Translations under genes and position numbers: made by a program
Origin: Spizellomyces punctatus DAOM BR117
Taxonomy: Eukaryota
Length of the DNA: 64,000 nt
Strand: one strand, 5' to 3'
NCBI GenBank assembly: GCA_000182565.2
Contig: KQ257463.1
The notes under the pieces: model-generated
Database searches by the model: none
Seen by the model: only the letters and a program-made list of their open reading frames with translations
What the model was told of the DNA's origin: nothing
In this document: positions 59,919 to 64,000 of the stretch, one piece after another
Position numbering within the stretch: position 1 is the stretch's first letter
How the letters are laid out: every line of letters starts with the position of its first letter

Positions 59919-62646
59919 TTATTGTACAAATGCGTCCGTTTTATTTGCAGTAACGGTGGTCTCGTCATGCCTCCAGTCTTGTTCAGATCTCTCACGCATG
60001 ATGATATCCACGGCCCCAGTCAAGGCATTATATGCATTCTCAATAGACGCCTTGCGCATATTGGCATTGCGTGCGGTTTGATACAGGGGCGTGTTATCAT
60101 CATCTATATCTGCCTCCTGTGCTAGTTGCTCGTTGCTCAGACGTGCTAACGTCATCTTACCCGTCTGTGCGGCTCCCTGAAGGCGTTCGAGGATGGCACC
60201 ATATTTCTCGTTGTCCTCCATCAGATTAGCACTGGTTTCAACTTCTGTTGCCAGAATCCCTACAAGTTCCAATGAAGTGTGCAACCGATTCTCGACCGGA
60301 TCATCTACGGTATCCTTCTGAAAGGTCAGCAATATACCGGTTATCTCTTGTAGCACACTACTCAGACGATCTGCACCGCTGCCAGAGACCGCGGGGGCGC
60401 TGCGAGGGCCTTTCATGTCGGCTCCAATATACGGATTAATTGAATCAATGAGTGAGCTCAATTTCGATACAGCGGTCAGTGTGTTGGAGCGTGAACGAGT
60501 AATCGCCGATTTCGTCTTATCGGCCATGGTTGTAATGTCTTCGGTGCTCATCGACCTGCGAATACTGGTGGACTGTCCCACCTGTTGCCGCTTATACAAG
60601 CTACCGGACGTCATATCGAGATCATCATCTTGGGGAGCTATGGGGGAGGCTGCGACTGCTTGGTTCTGAAGGATGCTGAAATCTTCCTTATCCGTGTTCC
60701 CAAGTGTTTCCGCATCTGGAATCAGAGTTATTAATAGATGTGCGGATGATACGACACATTCTAACACATGCCTTCCGTATCACCGGCTTCATGAATCGTT
60801 ACATAACAGGAGGGGACCCACCCACTCTCACCCCTACATTCGGCCAGCAACCAATGTTCATATTTGTTTCTAACCAACAGCTGATCTCCCTTCTTAATGC
60901 TAAGCTCATTTGGTGAAATTTTGGTGTAATCATACAGCGCAACTCCTTTCTGTGTTGCCACCCCAGGATCTTCCGCAGTTTTGAAGTCATCTCGTTCGCT
61001 CTGTGCCAAACAACCCTCCGGTACCCATCCTAGCTTTCCTTCCTTTTCCACAATACACCAGCCCCTCTCCCGTCGCACGATTTTAAATCGATCACCAATC
61101 GCTACGTCCACTTCATCCTCCAACGTCGCCTGATACTCGTAAACCGCCACTGCGTTAGGCAGGTGTTCTCGATCTGCTTCAACGCCAGATGGTGGCATGT
61201 CGGCACCGCGGCTGGAAATGACTGGGTTTTCGCTCAACCGTGACGCGGGAGATGTCACCTGCTTGATATGTTTCAAGGTAAAGGTGGGCACGGTACTCTC
61301 ATCCTTGAGGTCCTGGATAAGGGCAAGTGGCCTCTCGTCGAAGCTTAAGCAGCGCTCTTTCATGCTGTTTAAGTGAAAGAAGAATGATATGTTTGAGGCA
61401 CAGCAATCTTACCTGAGCCTTTATGTCGCATGAACAGCGCATAGTGTTGCCAGTCATTACGTATTTTATACTTGCGAAGAATTTCAGGTAAGATTTCCGC
61501 ACAAGTATCCTCCATCGATACCTGTACTGTTTTATACGGTTCATTTTCGCGATTCATCTGCCTATCGGTGTAAATTCTGACAGCAGACACATTGCCACTC
61601 TAAAAAGACTTTAGGTCTAATCCGAGGAGTCATACACTATGTTTCACTTACCCGGCCAGGGCGCGAACTATTCGGTGCCGAAGATATTTCCGCGGTAAGC
61701 GTGTTGCTTGGGACTTTGACGGCTGACGGTAACTTGGATGGTGTCTTGGCTACTCCCTTCCCAGATGTTGGTAACTTTAATGATCGCTTTGTATCATTTC
61801 TGCCGGATTTCTTCTTCTGCTCAAATTCCTACGAAATGACATGGGCGGATTTAGTCGTCACATATCTAGGACATCACAAATTGCAAGTTATTATAAATCA
61901 CCTCGTACTCTTTCACCATCGACCAAACCGGAGACAGATCCTCTCTTATCCGGACAATCTCAGCTGACAAGTGCTCAATCTCCTTTGCAAGGCGATGAAT
62001 GCTCTGATCTGGTTGCGAACAAATAATTAGGACTGACGAACTTCTTCCTCCAATGCGTTGAAAACTACCTTGTTGCTTTACGACCGCTTTCAGGCGGGCA
62101 TATTCTTCAGGATCTGATTTATCGTCAGCTCTACTTGATGTACCACCCTGCTGTACCACATGTGAATCTTACAAGACTTAGTGCGCATATCGCAACTTGC
62201 AGAAGACGCCGTAGCGTGGAGAAGCGCCCATACCTTCAATCCTGGAGAAGCCCAGGAGCTACCTAAGGTACGAACGATGGTATGTCAACGCCAGTGCTCT
62301 GGAAGGGTAATACTTCAACTCGCTCGGGCGAATAGCGGCTATTCATACTTTCTGGAACCCAGTCATCCTGATCGAAGGGAATACCCTGCGATATCTTCAA
62401 ACCGTAAATTGCGCGTAATAAGTTAAGGCGGTGTCCAACCGATTTGATGTCGAGCTCTTTCAACATATTGTGGTCGGCGTGAACCAGCACGTCTCCAGAT
62501 ATGTCATTTTCTAAAAGCGACGAGAATAAGATTTATTGGATAAGAGCCAAAGCAATATGACAAGTACCTCTAAATTTTCGCTCATGAAAACCAAGACCCA
62601 TGAATTTGATCCATTCCACTACTTGATCCACACTCCAAGTGTTCAT
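59919..62646 (-). CDS. STE50: Ste50/Ubc2-type MAPK adaptor (SAM, RA, two SH3), multi-exon
   Basis: WSVDQVVEW...LKELDIKSVGHRLNLLRAI (SAM); YKTVQVSMEDTCAEILPEILRKYKI...ERCLSFDERPL (RA); two ALYDY/GWVP SH3 domains. Confidence 0.85.
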
Positions 62647-62814
62647 CTCGACAAGACCATAAACAAGCTGAAAACCAGCGGCTTAAATGCTCGAATCTCG
62701 CACTGAATGCGATCTTGGCCACGGGTGGTGCTTTTAACCATTGCTAAGCATGGCTTAGGTTGGTGTTTCTCGGCTTGCCGCGACTGCATTCCAGCTCCGT
62801 TGACTTCCACCAAT

Positions 62815-63777
62815 ATGCCACAGATTGAAGAAACCCAACAAAATGTCCCCACGATAGGAACTCAGGAACAGCCTCCGACTCCCAGTCGACCGTCCTCGTA
62901 CTCTTTTGACGCTGCCTCTTTGCGGCAGCGCAATGCGCCTTTGCGGGAAGCAGTCGGATCGTCCACCATGTCGGCCACTGCCAGCACGGCGTCACCGAGT
63001 GAAAGCGACAGAGATGACGAGGGAAATGAATTTGAGTGTAACATATGGTGAGTATAAGAAATTGGTACATTCATGTCGTTTTGACCAACGAAAAACTTAT
63101 ACGTCCAAGTCTGGAAATGGCGTCGAACCCCATCGTCACTCTCTGCGGCCATTTGTTCTGTTGGCCATGTATGTATTGTTCAACGCCACCACCTTAAATA
63201 ACGACGTACTTCTAATCATGTAAATTTGCATCCAAAAGGCTTACATAGATGGATGCAGTCACGGTCACCCTCAGCCAATGCCTGTCCGGTTTGTAAGGCG
63301 AAGGTCGAAAGAAGCAAATTGGTTCCCATATATGCACGGGGCAGGCAATCAAAAGACCCAAGGGAGGAGGTTATTCCTGAGCGTCCCACTGCGCAGCGAC
63401 CTGAGGCGGCACCATCGCAGGCGAATCGCGGTTGGGATAACTTCTTCTTCCCCGGAGGCACAATACCTACCGGCAACGGTATAACGGTCGGCTTTGGCCT
63501 TTTTCCATCCTTATTTGGCCTTCACTATGTAGGTTATAGGACACTACCTTGCTAATGACTGAAAGCTTCTCATCCATATTTTGTCAGACTTTTGGGGTCC
63601 CTGCGCACTTGGGCTCTCGTGACCGGCAGGCGCAAGGTCCGTTTTTGTTGGCATAGCCATACTCAATCGACTCTCTCATCCTGTTCTCTTCTTTCAGTCG
63701 CCCAACAACAGGCCTTTCTCTCTCGGATTTGCATGATGGTGGGGATTCTGGTGATGATTGCGATTCTATTATACTAG
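62815..63777 (+). CDS. ER-anchored RING E3 ligase, RNF5/RNF185 (RMA1)-like, multi-exon
   Basis: FECNICLE...PIVTLCGHLFCWPCLHRW, CPVCKA, VPIYARG, C-terminal transmembrane tail. Confidence 0.9.
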
Positions 63778-64000
63778 GTAATATTGGTATGAGTCAATGA
63801 TTCGGTGTATCTATTAACCTTTTTGAGTCCCTCAACAGTAAATAAAAACGCACTTTGCATTTGGAAAGTGGCAAGACGGTACGGGCTCTTACTTGGTCTT
63901 TTCACGTGTCCGGCATTCCCTCAAGTCCTGGATTCATCCAATATAACGGACGATTACTTGTCCCAGTGCGCGGCAAAAGCCATAGCCAGGAAGTCATGCG

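Overview
Left end of a eukaryotic chromosome, most likely a flagellated early-diverging (chytrid-type) fungus (inferred from TTAGGG telomeres, short introns, a CCDC81 homologue and a fungal Ste50). Bases 1-255 are (CCCTAA)n telomere joined directly to a truncated Ty3/gypsy gag. Bases ~256-40800 are a nested TE pile. It holds four LTR families: copia A, CpG-free chromovirus gypsy A, chromovirus gypsy B, and an unusual copia C with a gypsy-type Gag, a chromodomain and an extra antisense ORF. Gypsy B is inserted into a Merlin DNA transposon. Three 5-bp TSDs (AACCC, GCAGT, CAAAT) fix the nesting order. An internal (TTAGGG)8 tract at 8245-8295 replaces part of a gypsy chromodomain and points opposite to the terminal telomere. 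From ~41 kb the DNA is CpG-rich and gene-dense: CCDC81-like, Bromo_TP/TAF3-like, RKI1, NAP1, CSN3, a PIGBOS1-like microprotein, BRE1, a TBC RabGAP, RPL39, STE50 and RNF5/RNF185-like. All calls were made by eye from motifs and no database searches were run. Spliced gene boundaries are approximate.
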